Of a stretch of DNA of 32,288 bases, positions 1 to 7,276 are shown piece after piece. Source of the stretch: Gemmatimonadota bacterium. Lineage in GTDB: Bacteria > Gemmatimonadota > Gemmatimonadetes > Palauibacterales > Palauibacteraceae. How positions within the stretch are numbered: position 1 is the first letter of the stretch; each line of letters starts with the position of its first letter. Location of the stretch: NCBI GenBank assembly GCA_039588275.1, contig JBDHAC010000070.1, positions 1 to 32,288 of the forward strand, given 5' to 3'. Below the pieces are notes generated by a model that was given only the letters and a program-made list of their open reading frames with translations, had not been told where the DNA came from and did not search any database. A program made the position numbers and the translations under genes.

Positions 1-253
1 GCATTCTTGTGCACGTTCACCGGATCCCCCGACGAGTAGGTTGTGAAGGCTTTAGTCACCTCCAGCTTACTCGTCGGCTTCCGGTGAACAACCATCCTGT
101 TACTTAGACCTAGCCGTCTCGTGCGTCCCAGACCCAGCCGGGGGGGGCGCGGAAGTCCCCCTCGGCTGGCTACACGTAAGAATAGGAGCCCTCGACCACG
201 ATGGCTCCTCGTCTCGTAACCCTAAGCTGTCACCCATCAGCGTTGAGTGACTG

Positions 254-1183
254 TTATTTATTGGGGTTACCGCTCAACTCCTTCAAGGCAGATCTGGGGC
301 CGACCGTGGCAACGGCCTTGAAGAAGGTGTAGCAGAACACTCCCACGTCAGATAAGACGATGCCTCGAAGGTCATCCAACCCCTTCTTCCACGCCGAAGC
401 AGTGATGTATCCGCGATCCAGAGCTTCCTCTTCGACGCCCTCCACCATCGGTATGATCGTCTTCGCCACGAACGCATCCATCACCTCAGGGCGGCTCCGG
501 TCCGCATACACCATCCGTGGTGACACGACTAGATCCACGCCACCTGCCTCTGTCATCACCGAATAGAGGCGCCGTCCGATGAGGGAGTCTCCGCCGAGAC
601 CTGCTTGCACTCGAATCAGGCAGCGCCACGCCTGAATAGCCTCATCACTCGTCGGATGAAAGTAGCAGGATCCATGGTCTCCCTCGATCACAGTCACGCT
701 CCCACCCGGCTGCACCACCCGCAAGAGCGATCGGAGAGCCCCCACAGGATCCTTCAGGTGCTCAAGGACGTGGCAAATGAAGACGCTATCGAAGGTCGTC
801 GATGCAAACGGTAGCTCGTAGAGGTCGGAGCACAGGAGGCACACGTTGTCCAATCCAAGCCCCTGGGTTCGCTCGGCGGCCATCTCCAAGGAGCCCGTGG
901 CAACGTCGCACGATAGGAAGAGCGCACCGGGACTGTTGGACGCGAGAGTGACGGTTTGGGCGCCGATTCCACACCCAAGCTCCAGGACACGGCTACCCAC
1001 GGGGAACCTCGAGTCATGGTGAAGAAGGTCTCGAACCGAGTACGCCTGATCGAGAAGACGTTGGGCTTCGCGCTCGGAGTAACCGTGGACATAGCCCGCG
1101 CTGCCTTGCCGCAACGCTTCTGCCTCCACCTCGCTCAAGGGTCTTCTATCGGACCTCCTCGCCGTCAGCCTAATCTCCTTCAC
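254..1183 (-). CDS. Class I SAM-dependent methyltransferase
   Basis: Motif I VLELGCGIG, 'FDSVFICHVLEHL' and 'VQPGGSVTVIE'. The N-terminal GYVHGYSERE segment is typical of this family. The exact start is uncertain. Confidence 0.9.
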   Translation of the reverse strand: MKEIRLTARRSDRRPLSEVEAEALRQGSAGYVHGYSEREAQRLLDQAYSVRDLLHHDSRFPVGSRVLELGCGIGAQTVTLASNSPGALFLSCDVATGSLEMAAERTQGLGLDNVCLLCSDLYELPFASTTFDSVFICHVLEHLKDPVGALRSLLRVVQPGGSVTVIEGDHGSCYFHPTSDEAIQAWRCLIRVQAGLGGDSLIGRRLYSVMTEAGGVDLVVSPRMVYADRSRPEVMDAFVAKTIIPMVEGVEEEALDRGYITASAWKKGLDDLRGIVLSDVGVFCYTFFKAVATVGPRSALKELSGNPNK

Positions 1184-1395
1184 TCAACAGTAGGAAAGCG
1201 GCCTTTCGCGGGGCAACAGGCTCCGCAGCAAGCCACGGTCTCGGACGGCCGGGGGGACCCATCTTCCCCGCTGATCGTGATCCGAACGTACGCGCAAGCG
1301 TGTGGGTGATGGACAAGCGGCTTCGGAGCGTCTACGAGGCTACCGGGATCGACCCTCCCGTGGGGAGACTCAGGAGCATCAGATCGCCACCCTGC

Positions 1396-1424
1396 TTGAC
1401 AGGGACGCCGATTCATGATAGTAT
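1396..1424 (+). promoter_or_regulatory. Sigma70-type promoter of the ArsR gene
   Basis: TTGACA (1396-1401), a 17-nt spacer, then TAGTAT (1419-1424) preceded by TGn (extended -10). Lies 28 nt before the ATG at 1453. Confidence 0.75.
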
Positions 1425-1452
1425 ATGCGCGTACACTGAAACGGATGAGGGT

Positions 1453-1749
1453 ATGAGGAGTTCCGCAGAGTTATTCAAGCTACTCTCGGTGGACACGCGA
1501 ATCGCGATCATCGAGGCTCTCAAAAAACGGCCGCGCAGCGTCGGGGGTATCGCGGAAGCGGTGGGGGTAACTCAGTCTGCGGCGTCGCAACATCTCAGGG
1601 TTCTGAAGGACGCCAGCTTGGTGACCGCCGAGCGCCAGGGTTACTTCATCTACTACACCCTGAACACTGATGCCCTCGAGGAATGCCGGACAAGGTTGAA
1701 CCGGGTCTGCACATGCGGCTGCATCGAAAGCCAAGTGGAACAAGGATGA
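1453..1749 (+). CDS. ArsR/SmtB-family metalloregulator
   Basis: LFKLLSVDTRIAII...SVGGIAEAVGVTQSAASQHLRVLKDASLVTAERQGYFIYY winged HTH, with C-terminal C...CTCGC. ATG at 1453 follows GAGGG. Confidence 0.92.
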   Translation: MRSSAELFKLLSVDTRIAIIEALKKRPRSVGGIAEAVGVTQSAASQHLRVLKDASLVTAERQGYFIYYTLNTDALEECRTRLNRVCTCGCIESQVEQG

Positions 1750-1835
1750 ACGGGAGAGGTTTTTTGCGGAGAATATATAAGTAATCGCGCAATAACTTAA
1801 ATTCTGTGTCGACTACACGGAAGGAGGAGCAGGGC

Positions 1836-2114
1836 ATGTGTTGCGAAAACGAGGGAGAAGTCAGGGGAGTGCACCGGCGAGGTGGTTGCCGGTCAGGAGG
1901 CCGTGACGATACGGGATGCAGGTGCGGTTGTAGGGAATGCCACTGCTGTGGCTGCTGCAGTTGTGGCTGCGAAGATCGTCCCTTCGGCTTTAGACGTAGC
2001 TTCCAAAGCAGGAGCGAGAGGCTCGAACAACTCGAGCGGTATCTGGCGGAGCTGGAAGCCGAAGGCGCCGGGGTGCGGGAACAGATCGCTGATCTGAAGG
2101 CAGCTGGGGGCTAA
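1836..2114 (+). CDS. Small Cys-rich (metallothionein-like) protein with C-terminal coiled coil
   Basis: Strong RBS AAGGAGGAG (1821-1829). 13 Cys in the first 45 aa, then the heptad-like ERLEQLERYLAELEAE...IADLK. Confidence 0.75.
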   Translation: MCCENEGEVRGVHRRGGCRSGGRDDTGCRCGCRECHCCGCCSCGCEDRPFGFRRSFQSRSERLEQLERYLAELEAEGAGVREQIADLKAAGG

Positions 2115-2210
2115 ACAAGTAGGCGGAGTGCGACCTGAGCTCAAGGTTTCGTAGGGTCTGGTTGGACCCTATGTGGACCCTTTAGAAGACCGTACTTCAA
2201 CGATCATCAA

Positions 2211-2300
2211 TCGGGGCGGCGAGATTCGGGGAGCTTGCGACGAGCGAGGACCGCGTCAGCGGCCGCAGCTCTCACTCACGACCTCCTGAACCCCATTCAG
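2211..2300 (-). repeat. tRNA-Pro(GGG) 3' half with 45-nt T-loop insertion, copy 1 (att-like scar)
   Basis: The minus strand reads CTGAATGGGGTTCAGGAGGTCGTGAGT[45 nt]CGAATCTCGCCGCCCCGA. There is no D-arm or 5' half. Near-identical copies lie at 13565 and 13836. Confidence 0.88.
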
Positions 2301-2551
2301 AACGAGTACGGGGCAAGATACGACAAAATGTAGTATTCACGGGGTGTTTCGGGCGTCCACCGTCGTATCTGAACTCACCGAAAACACCAGAAGATCGCAC
2401 GTTCTTACCCCACTCCACGAACTGTTCCCGGATACTGCTGGTCAGGCTCCTTGCCCCTATCTGTACGGCGAACTAGACGGTCTCCTTAGCCGGCTCTAGC
2501 TTGCGACCGATCCATTCAAAGTCGCCACTCAGGATTCCCTCGGAGGTTCCC

Positions 2552-4756
2552 GTGCTCCTCGGTCGGGTGTCTCAGACCGTACTTGGCCTCGCTCTCACCG
2601 TCCTGGCGGGTGCCTCGGGGCTGCGCGGGCAACAGGCGGCCGATTCCGCTGCGACGATTGCGCTCGAGCCCGGGCGTTCTGTCGAGCGGTCTATCGGCGG
2701 AAGCGAGGTTCACAAGTATACCGTGACCCTCAGCGCCGGGATGTTTCTCCATGTCTACGTGAACCAATTCGACGTGAACCTGGCCGTTGCTGTTCACGGT
2801 CCCGACGGGGCCAGGCTGGTGGAAGTCGACAGTACCGCCGACGGTCCCGAAGTCGTCGAGATCGAAGCAGCGAGCTCCGGTGCGTACCGACTCGAGGTGC
2901 GACGGATCTGGGAAGCGGAGGAGGAACCGTACGAGTTGCGGGTCGAGGCCCGGACAGCCTCCGAGCAGAAAGCGGCCCTCGCGGCAAGGCGGGCAGAGGC
3001 GGAAGCGACCCGCGTTTGGATCCAGGAACACGCCATCCCGCTCGCGACCGTCGAGGCGGGTCACGGCTTTGCCGACCTCCAGCCGCTCCGCGAGGTCATC
3101 GGCGACGTCCGGATCGTCGCGCTGGGCGAAGCGACCCATGGCACGAGGGAGTTCTTCCAGCTGAAACACCGTATGCTGGAATTCCTGGTGAGCGAGCTGG
3201 GCTTCGATGTGTTCGCGATCGAGGCGACCCTGCCGGAGGCGATGGACGTGAACCGCTACGTCCTCACGGGGGACGGCGATCCCGGGCGAGCCCTGGCGGG
3301 CATGTACTTCTGGACCTGGGACACCGAGGAAGTTCTGGAGCTGATCCGCTGGATGCGCCGTTACAACGAAGACCCGCAGCACCCCCGCAAGGTCAAGTTC
3401 TACGGGGTGGACATGCAGTACACCCCCCGAGCCGCGCGCGTCACGCTCGACTATCTGCGCCGCGTGGACTCGGCGGCCGCCGCCATCGCCGACTCGGTGC
3501 TCGATCCGTTGGCCGACCCCTTCCTCGCGCGGCACGTCGGCGGGTGGCCCGCGGAGCGGAAGCAGAGTCTGCTGGCATCGATACGGGAGTTGGTGGCGGG
3601 CTTCGAGTCGCGACGTGAGGAGTACGCCATGCGGTCATCCGTCACGGAATGGGACCTGGTCCGGCGGCATCTCCACGTCCTCAGACAGGCGATGGAGATG
3701 CGTGCCGGAACCGACGGCGGTTGGGCCCGCGATAGCGCCATGGCGGCGAATCTCGCCTGGATACTCGAGCGCGAAGGTCCGGGGTCCAAAGCGATACTGT
3801 GGGCCCACAACTACCACGTAAGCACCCAGCCGGGGACCACCGGCTGGCAGCTGCGCCAATGGTTCGGCGAGGAGCTCCGCGTCTTCGGCTTTGCGTTCGA
3901 CCGGGGGGAGTTTCAGGCGCGCGACTTCAGGAGGGACGGCAGACTGCGTCCCTTCCGAGTCGAGCCGGCCCCGGCCGGAAGCCTGGATGGTCAACTCGCG
4001 GCCGCTGGCCTTTCGCTGGCCGCACTCGATCTGCGGGAAGTTCCCGAAACCGGTCCCGCGGCCCGGTGGTTCAGGGCACCTCGGGCCACTCAGAATATGG
4101 GGGCGGGCTACACCGACGAGAATCCGGAGTGGTACCTATCGCATATCCGGGTGACGGACCTGTACGACGCTCTCTTCTTCGTGCGGGAGACCAGCACGGC
4201 CAGGGCCAACCCCACAGGCCAGCGTTCAGGGGTCCGGCCGCCGGCCCCAAATGCCGTCAACCTGGACTTCGAAGCGGGCGAGCCTGGTGATTTTCCGGTG
4301 GGATGGACCGCCGCCGGGGGGACCGCCCAGGTGGAATGGGATGTGGCGCTCACGCGGGAGGACGCCCGGATTGGCACGCAGGCCGTGGTCATCCGACGGA
4401 ACGACAAGGGCGGGTACGGCGAGACCGCGGGGGAGCTTCACCAACGCATCGACGCCACCCCGTGGCGCGGGCAACGCGTAACTCTCGGAGCCTCGGTCCG
4501 AATCGACGACGTGGCGGAGGCGAGCCGTGGCTATCTCTGGATGAGAGTGACTCGTCCGGCGGAGCCCTGGCCCGAGACCGTGTTCTACGAGTACATGGCG
4601 GAGCGGCCGATCACCTCACCCGAGTGGGGTGATTACGAGATTACCGCGGATATCCACGACGACGCGGGCATCATCTCCTACGGCTTCGCGTTCGTCGGCC
4701 CGGGACAGGCCTGGCTCGACGCGGTGTCGCTCGGGCTGGACCGCAGAAGCCCTTGA
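2552..4756 (+). CDS. Secreted erythromycin-esterase-family protein with extra N- and C-terminal beta domains
   Basis: Motifs IVALGEATHGTREFFQLKHRMLEFLV, FAIEA, RDSAMAAN, LWAHNYH and YDALFFV, plus a signal-peptide-like N terminus. Probable start is GTG 2552 after GGAGG (2542-2546); the ORF is open from 2501. Confidence 0.88.
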   Translation: MLLGRVSQTVLGLALTVLAGASGLRGQQAADSAATIALEPGRSVERSIGGSEVHKYTVTLSAGMFLHVYVNQFDVNLAVAVHGPDGARLVEVDSTADGPEVVEIEAASSGAYRLEVRRIWEAEEEPYELRVEARTASEQKAALAARRAEAEATRVWIQEHAIPLATVEAGHGFADLQPLREVIGDVRIVALGEATHGTREFFQLKHRMLEFLVSELGFDVFAIEATLPEAMDVNRYVLTGDGDPGRALAGMYFWTWDTEEVLELIRWMRRYNEDPQHPRKVKFYGVDMQYTPRAARVTLDYLRRVDSAAAAIADSVLDPLADPFLARHVGGWPAERKQSLLASIRELVAGFESRREEYAMRSSVTEWDLVRRHLHVLRQAMEMRAGTDGGWARDSAMAANLAWILEREGPGSKAILWAHNYHVSTQPGTTGWQLRQWFGEELRVFGFAFDRGEFQARDFRRDGRLRPFRVEPAPAGSLDGQLAAAGLSLAALDLREVPETGPAARWFRAPRATQNMGAGYTDENPEWYLSHIRVTDLYDALFFVRETSTARANPTGQRSGVRPPAPNAVNLDFEAGEPGDFPVGWTAAGGTAQVEWDVALTREDARIGTQAVVIRRNDKGGYGETAGELHQRIDATPWRGQRVTLGASVRIDDVAEASRGYLWMRVTRPAEPWPETVFYEYMAERPITSPEWGDYEITADIHDDAGIISYGFAFVGPGQAWLDAVSLGLDRRSP

Positions 4757-4776
4757 GATTAAAGAGCCAAGGGGAA

Positions 4777-4823
4777 TGGAGCCGATCGGATTCGAACCGA
4801 CCACCTCCTGAACCCCATTCAAG
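4777..4823 (-). pseudogene. Chimeric tRNA 3' half (Pro GGG anticodon arm with Ala-type acceptor end)
   Basis: The minus strand reads CTTGA-ATGGGGT-TCAGG AGGTG GTCGG-TTCGAAT-CCGAT CGGCTCC-A. The 5' half is absent. Confidence 0.75.
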
Positions 4824-4836
4824 CGGCGCAGCACCC

Positions 4837-5045
4837 GTACACTTCAGTACACTTCGATACACACCGATTTCGGCGTTTTAACGTCCGTACACTTCGATAC
4901 ACTCCTCCTCACTCTGTGACAGCTGGCGTGACAGTTCGGTTCCGGACTCTTCGCCACCCCCAGACCCGCTGATAGGCACTCAGGCGGCGCAACGTTGACT
5001 TCGATACCACACCGATTTCGCCGTGTTGACTTCGGTGCTGACTTC
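4837..5045. repeat. Cluster of short direct repeats (candidate integrase arm/accessory sites)
   Basis: GTACACTTC at 4837, 4847 and 4887; GTGACAG at 4916 and 4928; ACTTCGATAC(C)ACACCGATTTCG at ~4851 and ~4998; TGACTTC three times in 4996-5045. Confidence 0.7.
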
Positions 5046-5196
5046 CTGCCGAGATCAAGACCACCCAAGGAGGCAGGCGCTCAACGCCTGAGACAGGATC
5101 GGCCGGTCGCGATCGACGTCTCGTGGCGCCCGCGCCGGAGCACGTCGTGCGGGCGGGTCCAATTCGATGAACACCCGTTCTCGAAGCTCCGCGATC

Positions 5197-7185
5197 CTAT
5201 CGGATCACGACCGGCACCCGCATGACCACCGGAGGTCGATTGCGCATGAATGTGCTCACCTCAAGCGTCAGCTCTTCGACTGTCTCCGCGATGATCTCGA
5301 AGTCGTAGGTCTCTCCCGCTCCCAGGTACTGCTCGGCGGGCACCTGGATCGCCTGGTGCGGAGCCACCGCCGCGCCGTCCTTCGAGTAGCGGCGCCACTC
5401 GACGAGCTCGTCGCCTCGCAGGAGCCGGATGTTCTGGTTGTTGCTCGGCGTGATGTTGATGAAGCGGAGCAGGTGCGCCTTGCCACGGGCGAGCTCGAGA
5501 GGGGGTGGCTCGGCGCTCCCGTTGAGGAACGGGGGTGCATCCTCACCCGGGCCTCCCCATCCGAGGAGGAGAACGTGATCCGTCTCGGCATCGTGCTCTT
5601 CACCCGGCTCCAGCACGATGAGCGGCGCGTAGAGTCCGGACGAGAGCTGGGCGGCCTCCTCCATGTGCGTGTGGTAAATGAAGGTTCCTGCCCGGTCCGG
5701 GGTGAAGCGCACCACGAACGAGTCGCCCGCTGCGATGGCCGGTGTGAGTCGGCTCCCGGCCCCGCTCCAGCCTGCAATTCCGTCGTAGATGGCGTCGAGC
5801 TCGATCCCGTGCCAGTGCACTGTGATGGCGATCGGAGTGCGGTTGACCACCGTGACCTCGACGGGCTCGTCCCGCTGGAGGATGATCGGCGTGCCCGGAA
5901 TGAGTACCGAGTCGAGCGCGGGTGGCTCGGCACCCTCCTGGAGAATGTAGCCGTACGCCGGGTCATGGCCGAAGTAGTTCTCGCGCATGTTCGCGTATAC
6001 GCGTAACGCGCGCCGCTCGACATCCTCGGGCTCGCGCAACCCCTTCCCCTCGGGGTCTCTGACTAGAACGCCCATCATGAGCCCCGCCATCCCCTGGTAG
6101 GCGTGCTCGTGCATCATCTCGTGACCGCGCTCCTCGGCCCCTGGGAAGGCCCCGTCTTCTCCGTGCACGATCGTCTCGGGGCGTCGCACGTGCTGCTCGG
6201 CGCTGATGTGCGCGATGAAATGGCAGTGGAACAGCCAGTGCCCTTCCCGCTTCGGCAGCCAGCTGAAGGTCATCGTGGTACGCGCCGGCATGTGTTCGGT
6301 GACGGCGAGCCGGTGCTGCTCCGGCGTATAGACCGTGTCCAATCGGGCGTCCCCGCGCGCCTCGACCTGGTAGTAGAAGCCGTGGAGGTGCATCGGGTGG
6401 GGGGCGGGGCTGACGTTCACGACCCGCACACGCACCGAATCACCCACCACCGCGTCGATGGGCTCCGTGAATGGCCACGAGAGCCCGTTGATGAGGAACG
6501 TATGCGCCGGTTCCTCGCGTTGGGCCTGCACGTCGGCCTGACTCACCCAGAGGCTGACCACCAACACCCGGTCGTCGGCGGAGCCGCCGGGTGGATCGAC
6601 CACGAGCGCCCCCGAGAGGGGTGAATCCCGAAAGATCCCGGGGCGCTCGGGGGGCGGGCCGAAATCGACAGCGCGGCCGAAGTAGAAGTAGCTCCCCGGG
6701 GTCGACGCCCGGAACGCGATCTCTCGCGTGGCACCGGCCGGGATCTCGATCGGCTCGTGCTCCTCCCCGTCCCGATCGTGGAGACCCTGCAGCGTCAGCG
6801 GCCCGTCGATGGTGTTCGTAACGGTCAGGTGGACGTCCGCCCCCGACTCGACCCGGAGGAGGGGCGCCGGTGCCTGAAGCGGACCACCCTTCTCCGCGAG
6901 CGCGATGACGTCGAAGCCCGGCCCGTCGGCCCCCTGCGGGTGGAAGAGCCCGCGACGCGCCTCGATCTCGACATAGAGCACCCCGTCCCGGAACTCGCCC
7001 GCCGGTGTGCGGTTGTCGTTCGGAAGAACGGTCTCGGGCGGACGGTCGCCCGTCGCGAGCCACTCTGCTTCGTTCGATCTGTTCGACGCGGGCGGCCCGC
7101 CAAGGACCGCAGCAAACGCGGCGATCGGTGCGATTGAGGCGGCCAGGACGAGAGAGTGGCGACCACGGGTGAAGTCGATGTGCAT
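5197..7185 (-). CDS. Multicopper oxidase, apparently four cupredoxin domains
   Basis: Copper motifs HPMHLHG, WLFHCHFIAH, TVHWHG and FIYHTH, plus an N-terminal signal peptide. Confidence 0.9.
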   Translation of the reverse strand: MHIDFTRGRHSLVLAASIAPIAAFAAVLGGPPASNRSNEAEWLATGDRPPETVLPNDNRTPAGEFRDGVLYVEIEARRGLFHPQGADGPGFDVIALAEKGGPLQAPAPLLRVESGADVHLTVTNTIDGPLTLQGLHDRDGEEHEPIEIPAGATREIAFRASTPGSYFYFGRAVDFGPPPERPGIFRDSPLSGALVVDPPGGSADDRVLVVSLWVSQADVQAQREEPAHTFLINGLSWPFTEPIDAVVGDSVRVRVVNVSPAPHPMHLHGFYYQVEARGDARLDTVYTPEQHRLAVTEHMPARTTMTFSWLPKREGHWLFHCHFIAHISAEQHVRRPETIVHGEDGAFPGAEERGHEMMHEHAYQGMAGLMMGVLVRDPEGKGLREPEDVERRALRVYANMRENYFGHDPAYGYILQEGAEPPALDSVLIPGTPIILQRDEPVEVTVVNRTPIAITVHWHGIELDAIYDGIAGWSGAGSRLTPAIAAGDSFVVRFTPDRAGTFIYHTHMEEAAQLSSGLYAPLIVLEPGEEHDAETDHVLLLGWGGPGEDAPPFLNGSAEPPPLELARGKAHLLRFINITPSNNQNIRLLRGDELVEWRRYSKDGAAVAPHQAIQVPAEQYLGAGETYDFEIIAETVEELTLEVSTFMRNRPPVVMRVPVVIR

Positions 7186-7276
7186 GTGCGTTTTCTCCTA
7201 CGCGCGCCGCCGACGAGGTCGGGGCCGGTCTTGGCCTCTGGACGACGCCGGAGGCCATCGTGACAGGTCGATAAGG

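Noticed and set aside
15..89. Integron attC site
   Set aside because: The ends read GTT...AAC, the opposite of the RYYYAAC...GTTRRRY arrangement, and I see no IntI-like features in the integrase.
121..209. Group II intron domain V/VI
   Set aside because: There is no AGC/CGC-triad domain V hairpin with a GNRA loop on either strand.
1180..1416. 78-aa ORF with CCGACC whose stop overlaps the methyltransferase start
   Set aside because: Its start overlaps the ArsR promoter, it has no clear RBS and its composition looks non-coding. The GTGA overlap is suggestive but insufficient.
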